A DNA stretch of 64,000 nt. Source: a virus. Taxonomy: Duplodnaviria; Caudoviricetes. The stretch lies in the IMG/VR virus record IMGVR_UViG_3300028580_000062, positions 1 to 64,000 of that record. One strand, 5' to 3'. The notes beneath the pieces are model-generated. The model saw nothing but the letters and a program-made list of their open reading frames with translations, searched no databases and was not told where the DNA came from. The position numbers and the translations under genes are program-made. Each line of letters opens with the position of its first letter. Within the stretch, counting starts at the first letter, position 1. Below, piece by piece: positions 56,597-64,000 of the stretch.

Positions 56597-56928
56597 ATAT
56601 TGGTGATCTTCGCGTTCGGATTCAGATTCAGAAACATGCAGTTGTTGTAGACCAGTACGGAAACCATACCAATGAATGGACAGATTACTTTTCTTGCTGG
56701 GCCACAATTGGCACAAGCACCGGCTCTGAAAGTGGCGGTACTGTTGTTAACCCAGAAGAGTCTCTTGATTTTACCGTTCGCTATTCCAAGGAAACAAAAG
56801 CTGTGGAATCCACAAAGTATCGGATTCTTACCGATGGAAAGATCTATAACATCACCTACGTGAATCCAATGGGTCAAAAGCATAATAGCTTGAAGTTTAA
56901 CTGCAAGTTGGAGAAGGGCAAAGTATGA
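56593..56928 (+). CDS. Head closure protein
   Basis: IGDLRVRIQIQ...FTVRY. Confidence 0.85.
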   Translation: MNIGDLRVRIQIQKHAVVVDQYGNHTNEWTDYFSCWATIGTSTGSESGGTVVNPEESLDFTVRYSKETKAVESTKYRILTDGKIYNITYVNPMGQKHNSLKFNCKLEKGKV

Positions 56929-57302
56929 GTCAGAATGTTTCGATTGATGATATGGACGATGTCATTATGAATGAGCTGGAGAAGTACGCAAATCTCGCTA
57001 CGGATGATATGAAGGATGCGGTCAAAGATACTGCAAAGTCGGTAAAGAAAGATATCGAGAGTTCTGCACCGGTCCTCAATGGCCGTTATAAAAAGAGCTG
57101 GCGAATCAAGAAAATACGTGAGAATGCAAACAGCCTAGATGTTCTCGTCCATTCAAGCAATCGTTATCAGCTGACCCATTTATTGGAATTTGGTCATGCG
57201 AAACGTGGTGGAGGTAGAGTGGCAGGGAAGCCGCATATAGAACCTGCTGCAGAAAAAGGAGAGCAGGACCTTATCAAAGCAATCGAGGAGAAGTTGAAAT
57301 GA
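56925..57302 (+). CDS. HK97 gp10-like tail component
   Basis: LTHLLEFGH..RGGGRV...PHIEPA. Confidence 0.85.
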   Translation: MSQNVSIDDMDDVIMNELEKYANLATDDMKDAVKDTAKSVKKDIESSAPVLNGRYKKSWRIKKIRENANSLDVLVHSSNRYQLTHLLEFGHAKRGGGRVAGKPHIEPAAEKGEQDLIKAIEEKLK

Positions 57303-57616
57303 AATACGAGGATGTGATGGCGATGTTAACGGAGTGTAATCTGCCGTTTGCCTATGACCATTTTGCGGAAGGAGAATCGCCTGATCCTCCTTTTTTAGTT
57401 TTTCTTTTTCCAGGTACTGACAACATGTTTGCGGATAACCAGGTCTACTACAAAGTGAATGAGCTAAACATTGAACTCTACACCGATAAAAAGGACCCGG
57501 AAATTGAGATCCAGATCGAGGATGTCCTTGCAATCCACGAGGTTGCCTATGAAAAGACAGAGACCTGGATTGAATCCGAAAAGATGTATGAAGTGCTTTA
57601 TCAAACAGAAATATAG
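57299..57616 (+). CDS. Tail terminator-like protein
   Basis: Position in the tail module; AYDHF..G....PPF. Confidence 0.75.
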   Translation: MKYEDVMAMLTECNLPFAYDHFAEGESPDPPFLVFLFPGTDNMFADNQVYYKVNELNIELYTDKKDPEIEIQIEDVLAIHEVAYEKTETWIESEKMYEVLYQTEI

Positions 57617-57625
57617 AAGGAGGTC

Positions 57626-58237
57626 ATGGAAATGACTAATACAAAGAATAAGGTGAAGTTTGGTCTAAAAAATTGTCACTATGCAACTACGACAATTGCC
57701 GAAGACGGGACCATCACCTATGGCACATTGAAAAGCCTGCCAGGTTCCGTCAGCTTAGCATTGGATGCAGAAGGTGAGAATGATCCATTCTATGCGGATG
57801 ATTCCGTATACTACATGATCAGTAATAACAATGGTTACTCTGGCGATTTGGAGCTGGCACTGGTACCTGAAGAATTCTTGAAGGATATCCTGAAAGAAAC
57901 CGAAGATGCCAATGGTGTCCTGGTTGAAAACAAAGATGTGGAGCCGGCGCATTTTGCACTGCTCTTTGAGTTCACCGGTGATCAGAGAAAGATCAGGCAT
58001 TGCCTGTATTACTGCAGTGCAACTAGACCATCTATGGAAGGTGATACCACGGAAGATAAGACATCCGTAAAGACGGAAAAACTGTCTCTTACAGTGTCCC
58101 CACTTCCAAGCGGCGTCGTTAAGGTCAAGACAGGTACAAATACATCCGAAGCAATCTATAACGATTGGTATAAGGCTGTATATGAACCAAAGGCTCCAAC
58201 AGCAACTACTACCGGTGATACAACAGCCGGAGCATAA
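57626..58237 (+). CDS. Major tail protein (phi13 family)
   Basis: NKVKFGLKNCHYA, FYADD, FALLFEF. Confidence 0.9.
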   Translation: MEMTNTKNKVKFGLKNCHYATTTIAEDGTITYGTLKSLPGSVSLALDAEGENDPFYADDSVYYMISNNNGYSGDLELALVPEEFLKDILKETEDANGVLVENKDVEPAHFALLFEFTGDQRKIRHCLYYCSATRPSMEGDTTEDKTSVKTEKLSLTVSPLPSGVVKVKTGTNTSEAIYNDWYKAVYEPKAPTATTTGDTTAGA

Positions 58238-58244
58238 ATGATAT

Positions 58245-58280
58245 GCAGGCAGGGAAGTAATTCTCTGCTTGCATCTTTTT
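58245..58280 (+). terminator. Intrinsic terminator after major tail gene
   Basis: ATGCAGGCAGGGA/TCTCTGCTTGCAT stem plus T-run. Confidence 0.55.
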
Positions 58281-58295
58281 TAGGAGGATGAAGAA

Positions 58296-58676
58296 ATGGC
58301 AGTAACTAAAACAATTGAGATTGATGGAATTCCAGTAACATTCCGGGCTTCAGCAGCAATCCCAAGATTATACAGAAATCAATTTCATAGGGATATTTAC
58401 AAAGATCTCTCCGTACTAGAGAAAAGTATCGATAAGAGTGAAAAGGAAGATGGTGATCTGGATTCCTTCAGCTTGGAACTTTTCGAGAATATTGCTTGGC
58501 TGATGGCAAAACATGCAGATCCAGTGAATGTGGCAAAGACACCTGATGAATGGCTGGATCAGTTCAACACCTTCTCAATCTATGAAGTGTTGCCACAAAT
58601 CATCTCTCTTTGGGGCTTGAATGTTGAACAGCAGGTCGAGTCTAAAAAAAACTTCATAAAACGGATCGAGAAATGA
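58296..58676 (+). CDS. Tail assembly chaperone (G)
   Basis: Lies between the major tail and tape measure genes; slippery A AAA AAC near its end. Confidence 0.85.
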   Translation: MAVTKTIEIDGIPVTFRASAAIPRLYRNQFHRDIYKDLSVLEKSIDKSEKEDGDLDSFSLELFENIAWLMAKHADPVNVAKTPDEWLDQFNTFSIYEVLPQIISLWGLNVEQQVESKKNFIKRIEK

Positions 58677-58837
58677 CAACACCGCTTTTTTTATTGAGGT
58701 GTGTTCAACTCGGTCTGTCAATTCGTGATCTTGACCTTCTGACCATTGGAACCGTTAATGATATGTACACAGAAATGGGGAATGACAGCTATGATTATTC
58801 GGAGGTGGCTACGCAGGATATGATGGATCGGTTTTGA
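58646..58837 (+). CDS. Tail chaperone extension (T) reached by -1 frameshift
   Basis: The -1 frame is open from slippery site 58646-58652 (KKLHKTDREMTTPLFLLRC...) to TGA at 58837. Confidence 0.8.
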   Translation, partial: KKLHKTDREMTTPLFLLRCVQLGLSIRDLDLLTIGTVNDMYTEMGNDSYDYSEVATQDMMDRF

Positions 58838-58924
58838 CCGGGGTTGTGGTATCATGGTATAATTAGCTCGACAAATCCGAATTTGTCGAGCAAGATTATT
58901 TATATAATACGAGGTGGGAGTGTC

Positions 58925-59425
58925 ATGTTATATTTAAAAAAACTCGCTTTATCAGACGGTCAAGACATTTATAATATGTTGCAGGAGATTTCGTCAAACG
59001 ATAACGGTTTTCATAATAAGGTATATGGAATGACCTTTGATCAATACAAAATATGGCTTGAAAAAGAATTTGCAATTGATAATGGAAAATTGGAAAACTG
59101 GATGGTCCCACAGTCATCCTATTGGTTGTATGATAATACGGTTCCAATAGGGTATGGACGGATACGTCATTGCTTAAATGATGCATTGAGGGAAACGAGC
59201 GGGAACATAGGCTATGCTATCGCTTATTCAAAACGTGGTCAAGGGTACGGAAATTCCATATTAGCATTACTAAAAGAAAAGTGTGTGGAACTTGGTATGA
59301 TGCAACTACAAATCGGCGCTAATGCAAACAACGAACGATCTAATAAGGTTATCATTCATAATGGCGGTGTTTTAATTAGAGAAAATAATGGAAAGAATTT
59401 TTATTGCATCAACCTCACAAAATGA
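58925..59425 (+). CDS. GNAT-family acetyltransferase (moron)
   Basis: GNIGYAIAYSKRGQGYG acetyl-CoA motif, NERSNKVI; own promoter (TTGACC-18-TATAAT, 58834-58863) and terminator (~59490-59525); AT-rich. Confidence 0.88.
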   Translation: MLYLKKLALSDGQDIYNMLQEISSNDNGFHNKVYGMTFDQYKIWLEKEFAIDNGKLENWMVPQSSYWLYDNTVPIGYGRIRHCLNDALRETSGNIGYAIAYSKRGQGYGNSILALLKEKCVELGMMQLQIGANANNERSNKVIIHNGGVLIRENNGKNFYCINLTK

Positions 59426-59548
59426 GCATAACCCCACCCATACAACTTCCGATTTATAGAGGTGTTATAAAAATTAAATGTTTATCATTAAGCACTTTCA
59501 CAGAGATGTGGAGGTGCTTTTTTCGTACTCAGAAAGGAGGCGGTCATC

Positions 59549-62197
59549 GTGGCAGACCGAATTAAAGGAATAACCGTAGAGATCGGTGGCGATACCACTG
59601 GCCTTTCAAAAGCTCTAGCCGGAGTTAATCAAGAAATAAAGAATACTCAGTCACAGCTTAAGGATGTTAATAAACTACTAAAGCTTGATCCAACAAACTC
59701 AACTCTGATCGAGCAGAAATTCAAACTGCTTGGTCAGTCCGTAGATGAGACAAAGAAAAAACTGAATGATCTGAAATCGGTACAGGATCAGATGGATGCA
59801 GGTCTAAAGAACGGATCAGTCACCCAGCAACAGTATGATGCATGGCAGCGTGAGATCGTTGCTACGGAACAGGAACTGAAGAATCTGGAAAAGGAATGCA
59901 AGACCACAGATTCTAGTATTGCTGCAACACTGAAACAAGCTGGATCAAAGATGCAAGAAGTTGGCGGAAAGATCAGCGATGCTGGTGAAGGTCTCACAAA
60001 AGGTGTAACAGTTCCTATCGTTGCCATTGGGACAGCTTCACTGGCTGCATTCAAAGAAGTCGATGATGGCTTGGATACTGTTGAGCAGAAGACGGGTGCT
60101 AGTGGAGCTGCACTGGATGAAATGAACCAGATGGTAAAGGATCTGGCCACAGAGATTCCAACCGACTTTGCTACAGCGGGTGCCGCTGTTGGTGAGGTGA
60201 ACACAAGATTCAAACTTTCTGGTGATGCACTGGATCAACTGTCTGGTAAGTTTATCAAGTTCTCACAAATCAATAACACTGATGTATCCACTTCTGTTGA
60301 TAATGTCTCAGGTGTATTGAATGCCTTTGGACAGGACAGTTCCAATGCTGGAGATCTGTTGGATGCTCTCAATGCGACTGGACAGGCAACTGGTATAGAC
60401 ATGGGTACCCTTGCAAGTTCTCTGCAATTGAACGCAGTCCAACTCAAAGAAATGGGTCTGAACTCACAGCAGGCAGCAGGATTCATGGGCATGGTTGAGA
60501 TGTCTGGTCTTGATACATCGGCTGCAATGATGGGCTTGAAAACAGCCATGAAGAATGCCACAAAGGATGGTCAGACATTAGACCAGGCAATTGCGAAATT
60601 CTCAGAAACTATGAAAGGAAATGGCACAGAAACTGAGAAACTACAGGCTGCCTACGATCTTTTTGGTAGTAAAGCTGGTGCTGCTGTTTATAATGCCGCA
60701 TCAACAGGAAAACTGAACCTTGAGAATCTATCTGACTCACTGGGTAACTTCTCTGGAAGTGTTGAAAATACATTCAATCAGACCTTAGATCCAATTGACC
60801 AATTCCAAATGAGCATGAATAGCCTGAAAGAAACAGGAGCGGATATCGGTAATTCATTAGCGACTGTCTTGGCACCAGTATTGAAGGATATTTCAGGAGC
60901 TTTGAAGACCTTTTCACAGATTTGGAACAGTATCCCAGAACCAGTGCAAAATACGATCATCAAGATTGCTTTACTTGCGGCGACCATTGGACCATTACTG
61001 GTTGCCGGTGGCAAGGTCATCAGTGCTGTCGGCACGATCACCAGTGCAATTGGAAGTTTGACGACCTTCCTGGGCATTGGTACTGCGGCCACGACAGCGG
61101 CCGGAACAGCGGCCACAGCGACCGGTGCAGCAGTAGGTGCAGCATCTATACCACTTCTACCAATCATCGGCATCATCGCGGCTATTATCGCGGCAGTTGT
61201 GGCCATTATTGCCATCGTGAAGAACTGGGGTGCCATTACCGATTGGTTTAAGGGAGTGTGGTCTGGCTTCTGTGATGGAATTCAGACTGCCTGGACTGCC
61301 GTTGGCGATTTCTTCACGCAAACATTGCCGAACTTCTTCTCAGATATTGGCCAGAAATGGTCGGATGGTTGGAACACGATGAAGGCAAATGCGGGAACCA
61401 TCTGGGACAACATTAAAACAGGTGTCGGTAATTCAATCGACAATATCAAAACCAACGTGGGGAATGGACTGGATAACGTGAAGCAATCCTTTTCCGACAA
61501 GTTGTCTGCCGCCCACGATACGGCGGCTTCCATCATGGAAAATATCAGGGGTGCTTTCAGCGACAAAATTAGCGCAGCTAGAGATGGCGTTTCCAATGCA
61601 ATCGATGCGATCAAGGGTTTCTTTAACTTTGATTGGCATTTACCAGAGATCAAACTGCCTCATTTTTCTATTGAAGGGAGCTTCTCGCTTGATCCACCAT
61701 CCATTCCTCATATTGGTGTTTCTTGGTACAAAAAGGCAATGGGAGATGGCATGGTTTTGAACAGCCCGACCATTTTCGGGGCACAAGGCGGTCAGCTGCT
61801 TGCTGGCGGAGAAGCTGGACCAGAAGCTGTCGTTGGAGTCAGTTCGTTATCCTCGATGATTCAGAATGCAGTTTCGTCACAGACTGGAAGCATTACTGCC
61901 GCAATTGCATCTGCACTTGCAGATGCGGGCAACACCGGAGATATCACAATCCCGGTATATCTTGGCGGAACATTGATTGATGAAACCATTATTACTGCGC
62001 AGCAGCGGATGGCACTACGGTCAGGAGGTAGATCATGGCATTTACACAATATCTGCGGATCAACAATACAGATATCCCACTTCCTACTTCCTATGATCTG
62101 TCACTGTCAGATGTTGAAGCTGATAGTTCGGGAGATACGGAAGCCGGGACGAAACAAAGAGACCTTGTGCGGTCTGGTATGGCGGAGATTTCTGTGA
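59549..62197 (+). CDS. Tape measure protein (apparent stop-loss extension)
   Basis: MADRIKGITVEIGGDTTGL...; Ala/Gly-rich helical; GEAGPEAV; expected stop at 62033 reads TCA. Confidence 0.9.
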   Translation: MADRIKGITVEIGGDTTGLSKALAGVNQEIKNTQSQLKDVNKLLKLDPTNSTLIEQKFKLLGQSVDETKKKLNDLKSVQDQMDAGLKNGSVTQQQYDAWQREIVATEQELKNLEKECKTTDSSIAATLKQAGSKMQEVGGKISDAGEGLTKGVTVPIVAIGTASLAAFKEVDDGLDTVEQKTGASGAALDEMNQMVKDLATEIPTDFATAGAAVGEVNTRFKLSGDALDQLSGKFIKFSQINNTDVSTSVDNVSGVLNAFGQDSSNAGDLLDALNATGQATGIDMGTLASSLQLNAVQLKEMGLNSQQAAGFMGMVEMSGLDTSAAMMGLKTAMKNATKDGQTLDQAIAKFSETMKGNGTETEKLQAAYDLFGSKAGAAVYNAASTGKLNLENLSDSLGNFSGSVENTFNQTLDPIDQFQMSMNSLKETGADIGNSLATVLAPVLKDISGALKTFSQIWNSIPEPVQNTIIKIALLAATIGPLLVAGGKVISAVGTITSAIGSLTTFLGIGTAATTAAGTAATATGAAVGAASIPLLPIIGIIAAIIAAVVAIIAIVKNWGAITDWFKGVWSGFCDGIQTAWTAVGDFFTQTLPNFFSDIGQKWSDGWNTMKANAGTIWDNIKTGVGNSIDNIKTNVGNGLDNVKQSFSDKLSAAHDTAASIMENIRGAFSDKISAARDGVSNAIDAIKGFFNFDWHLPEIKLPHFSIEGSFSLDPPSIPHIGVSWYKKAMGDGMVLNSPTIFGAQGGQLLAGGEAGPEAVVGVSSLSSMIQNAVSSQTGSITAAIASALADAGNTGDITIPVYLGGTLIDETIITAQQRMALRSGGRSWHLHNICGSTIQISHFLLPMICHCQMLKLIVREIRKPGRNKETLCGLVWRRFL

Positions 62198-62397
62198 CTT
62201 TTCAAGTGTCACCAGATTGGCTGAAGAGATTCTCTTTAATGAGAAAGCAACCGAAACTGTCTGTCGAGTTCTTTAATACAGAAACGATGGTTCCTGAGAC
62301 ACGCGATATGTACATGGATGGTTTCAAATCATCCTTGGTTCATGACACAGTCAAGAAGGGACTTTGGAAAGTCAGCTTTGATCTTAAAGAATACTAG
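62035..62397 (+). CDS. Distal tail-like protein
   Basis: GGAGG RBS; follows the TMP. Confidence 0.75.
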   Translation: MAFTQYLRINNTDIPLPTSYDLSLSDVEADSSGDTEAGTKQRDLVRSGMAEISVTFQVSPDWLKRFSLMRKQPKLSVEFFNTETMVPETRDMYMDGFKSSLVHDTVKKGLWKVSFDLKEY

Positions 62398-62411
62398 GAG
62401 GGAGTGGGTTT

Positions 62412-64000
62412 ATGTATTCAGTTTCAGATGCCTATAAAATTGCAATACAAGAAAATACCCGCTCCTTTTACTGGTCTGGGTTAATTGTCACAACAGAAGG
62501 AAAAGAATATCCGTTTACCAATAAGGACATTGTCAAAGGATCTGGATATGTTACCAGGCAATGTTCTGGAAGTTCTGAAATAGAACTAGGCTCGGTCTAT
62601 GCAGCAGAGATGGGAATCTCCCTGTTCTCTGATATTGACCGTTACAGTCTTGAAAATGCAAAGATCACATTGACCTTTCATATGACACTGCATGATGGCA
62701 CCGTTGAGGATGTACCTTTGGGCATCTTTTATGTTGCAGAAGCGAACCGTAAGATTCGAACCCTTGAGATAAAGGCATACGATGCAATGCTGAATTTTGA
62801 GCGTGCATACAACAAAGCACAATCTAGTGGATATCCTTATGATCTGCTGACTTTAATATGCAAAGACTGCAAAGTTGAGCTGGCTCAGACCAAAGCTGAG
62901 ATCGAGGCCCTGCCAAACGGAACAGCACTTTTGGGCGTATATCCAGATAACGACATCGAGACCTGCCGAGATCTATTGCATTATCTCTCGCAAGCATTAG
63001 GTTGCTTTGCAACGATTGGTAGAGACGGAAAATTGAAACTGGTAAAGTACAATGCTAACTCTGTAGCTACCGTGAATAACACGCATCGATATTCGAGTAG
63101 CTTTTCTGATTTTGTGACGCGTTATACAGCGCTCAATTCAACGAATAAAAGAACGAATACAGCAGAGTACATTGCATTAGATCCTGATGATGGTTTGACG
63201 ATGAATTTTGGTGTCAATCCTTTATTGCAGTTTGGCCTTGATGAGACAAGAAAGCAGATTCTAACAAACCTTCTGAATGCAATTTCAGTCATCAACTATG
63301 TTCCTTTCGATTCAGAAACGATTGGAGATCCTGCACTAGATTTGGCTGATGTTTTAGTCTTCACTGGTGGCCAGGCAGATGCAACAAAGATGGCTGCCAT
63401 TACGTCCTTGACTGTAAGAATCAATGGCAAGTGCTCCCTGAAATGTGTAGGCAAAAATCCGCGTCTATCTGAAGCAAAGAGTAAGAATGACAAGAACATT
63501 AATGGCCTTCTCAATTCAGTCGAGACGACTAAGATGTCCACTTACTCTTATGTAAATGCTCTGGGATATGTACTTGGTGCAGAGAAGGGACAGATCATTA
63601 AACTCGAGTATGCAACACAAGAAGAAACGGACTGTGAATTTAAGGCAACCATAATTTTGGATGTTGCTGCAACTCAAGAAACCAAATTGATTACATCCCA
63701 GGGGACAGGAATGACAATCCTACCAGTAGAAACCAAAGATGCATCAGGGAATGTTACAACGACAAATAAAGAACTCGCAACATCAGTTTCAGTTCCGTCT
63801 CCCTGGCAAGAGGATGGCCAATCTGTCGTGATTGTTACATACGTCATTGATGGCCATGAGATTGAGGAATTCCATCCAACAGAAACATGGCATAGTGGCT
63901 TGCACCTTCTGAATCTGTTTTATCCACTTTTAGATATGCAAGAGAAGACACTCCACACCTTTGAGGTATGGATATCGATTGCACCAGGAGCAGCGACGAT
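62412..64000 (+). CDS. Tail/baseplate protein (partial, runs off window)
   Basis: Open frame MYSVSDAYK...IELGSVYAAEMGISL... with no stop to 64000 (manual translation). Confidence 0.8.
   Translation, partial: MYSVSDAYKIAIQENTRSFYWSGLIVTTEGKEYPFTNKDIVKGSGYVTRQCSGSSEIELGSVYAAEMGISLFSDIDRYSLENAKITLTFHMTLHDGTVEDVPLGIFYVAEANRKIRTLEIKAYDAMLNFERAYNKAQSSGYPYDLLTLICKDCKVELAQTKAEIEALPNGTALLGVYPDNDIETCRDLLHYLSQALGCFATIGRDGKLKLVKYNANSVATVNNTHRYSSSFSDFVTRYTALNSTNKRTNTAEYIALDPDDGLTMNFGVNPLLQFGLDETRKQILTNLLNAISVINYVPFDSETIGDPALDLADVLVFTGGQADATKMAAITSLTVRINGKCSLKCVGKNPRLSEAKSKNDKNINGLLNSVETTKMSTYSYVNALGYVLGAEKGQIIKLEYATQEETDCEFKATIILDVAATQETKLITSQGTGMTILPVETKDASGNVTTTNKELATSVSVPSPWQEDGQSVVIVTYVIDGHEIEEFHPTETWHSGLHLLNLFYPLLDMQEKTLHTFEVWISIAPGAAT

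Larger units (their letters stand above)
31900..64000 (+). mobile_element. Prophage B (siphovirus-type, HK97-like head), continuing beyond the right edge; left boundary uncertain
   Basis: Co-oriented regulation, replication, packaging, head and tail modules; lysis and recombinase genes are not in the window. Confidence 0.9.

Noticed and set aside
1-64000. tRNA or rRNA genes; intact integrase
   Set aside because: None recognised by eye; only a recombinase fragment at 24.2-24.7 kb.

Overview
Bacillota (Firmicutes-type) prophage and defence hotspot. Left end (1-~2.4 kb, minus strand): start of the early/replication operon of prophage A (sigma-like gene, two small genes, DUF2800, start of DUF2815), running out of the window. 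About 2.8-31 kb is accessory cargo: (1) a three-gene operon ending in an RloC-like ABC ATPase, whose first two proteins share a RHIM-like motif (VNQYGEKNVHI); (2) a type 3 BREX locus (brxF-brxC-pglXI-brxHII-pglZ-brxA) with three independent lesions (chloride-channel gene inserted in brxC, 5-bp duplication in pglXI, in-frame deletion in brxHII); (3) rhuM, a cluster of rlmD-like att scars, a DUF3883 nuclease, an IS relic and an orphan ParA; (4) the collapsed relic of a third element (serine-recombinase 3' fragment, sigma-like gene, XRE); (5) an ImmA/IrrE protease-HTH gene and a Dam-like MTase/HNH pair. From ~31.9 kb to the right edge is a largely intact siphovirus-type prophage B on the plus strand (regulation, DNA polymerase A, VapE primase, SNF2, MTase, HK97-type head, tail). 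The most striking features are an intein in polymerase motif B whose HNH endonuclease is encoded as a nested gene in the +1 frame, and a 46-bp hairpin array between two copies of a putative late-promoter site. Family assignments come from motif recognition only; no searches were run.
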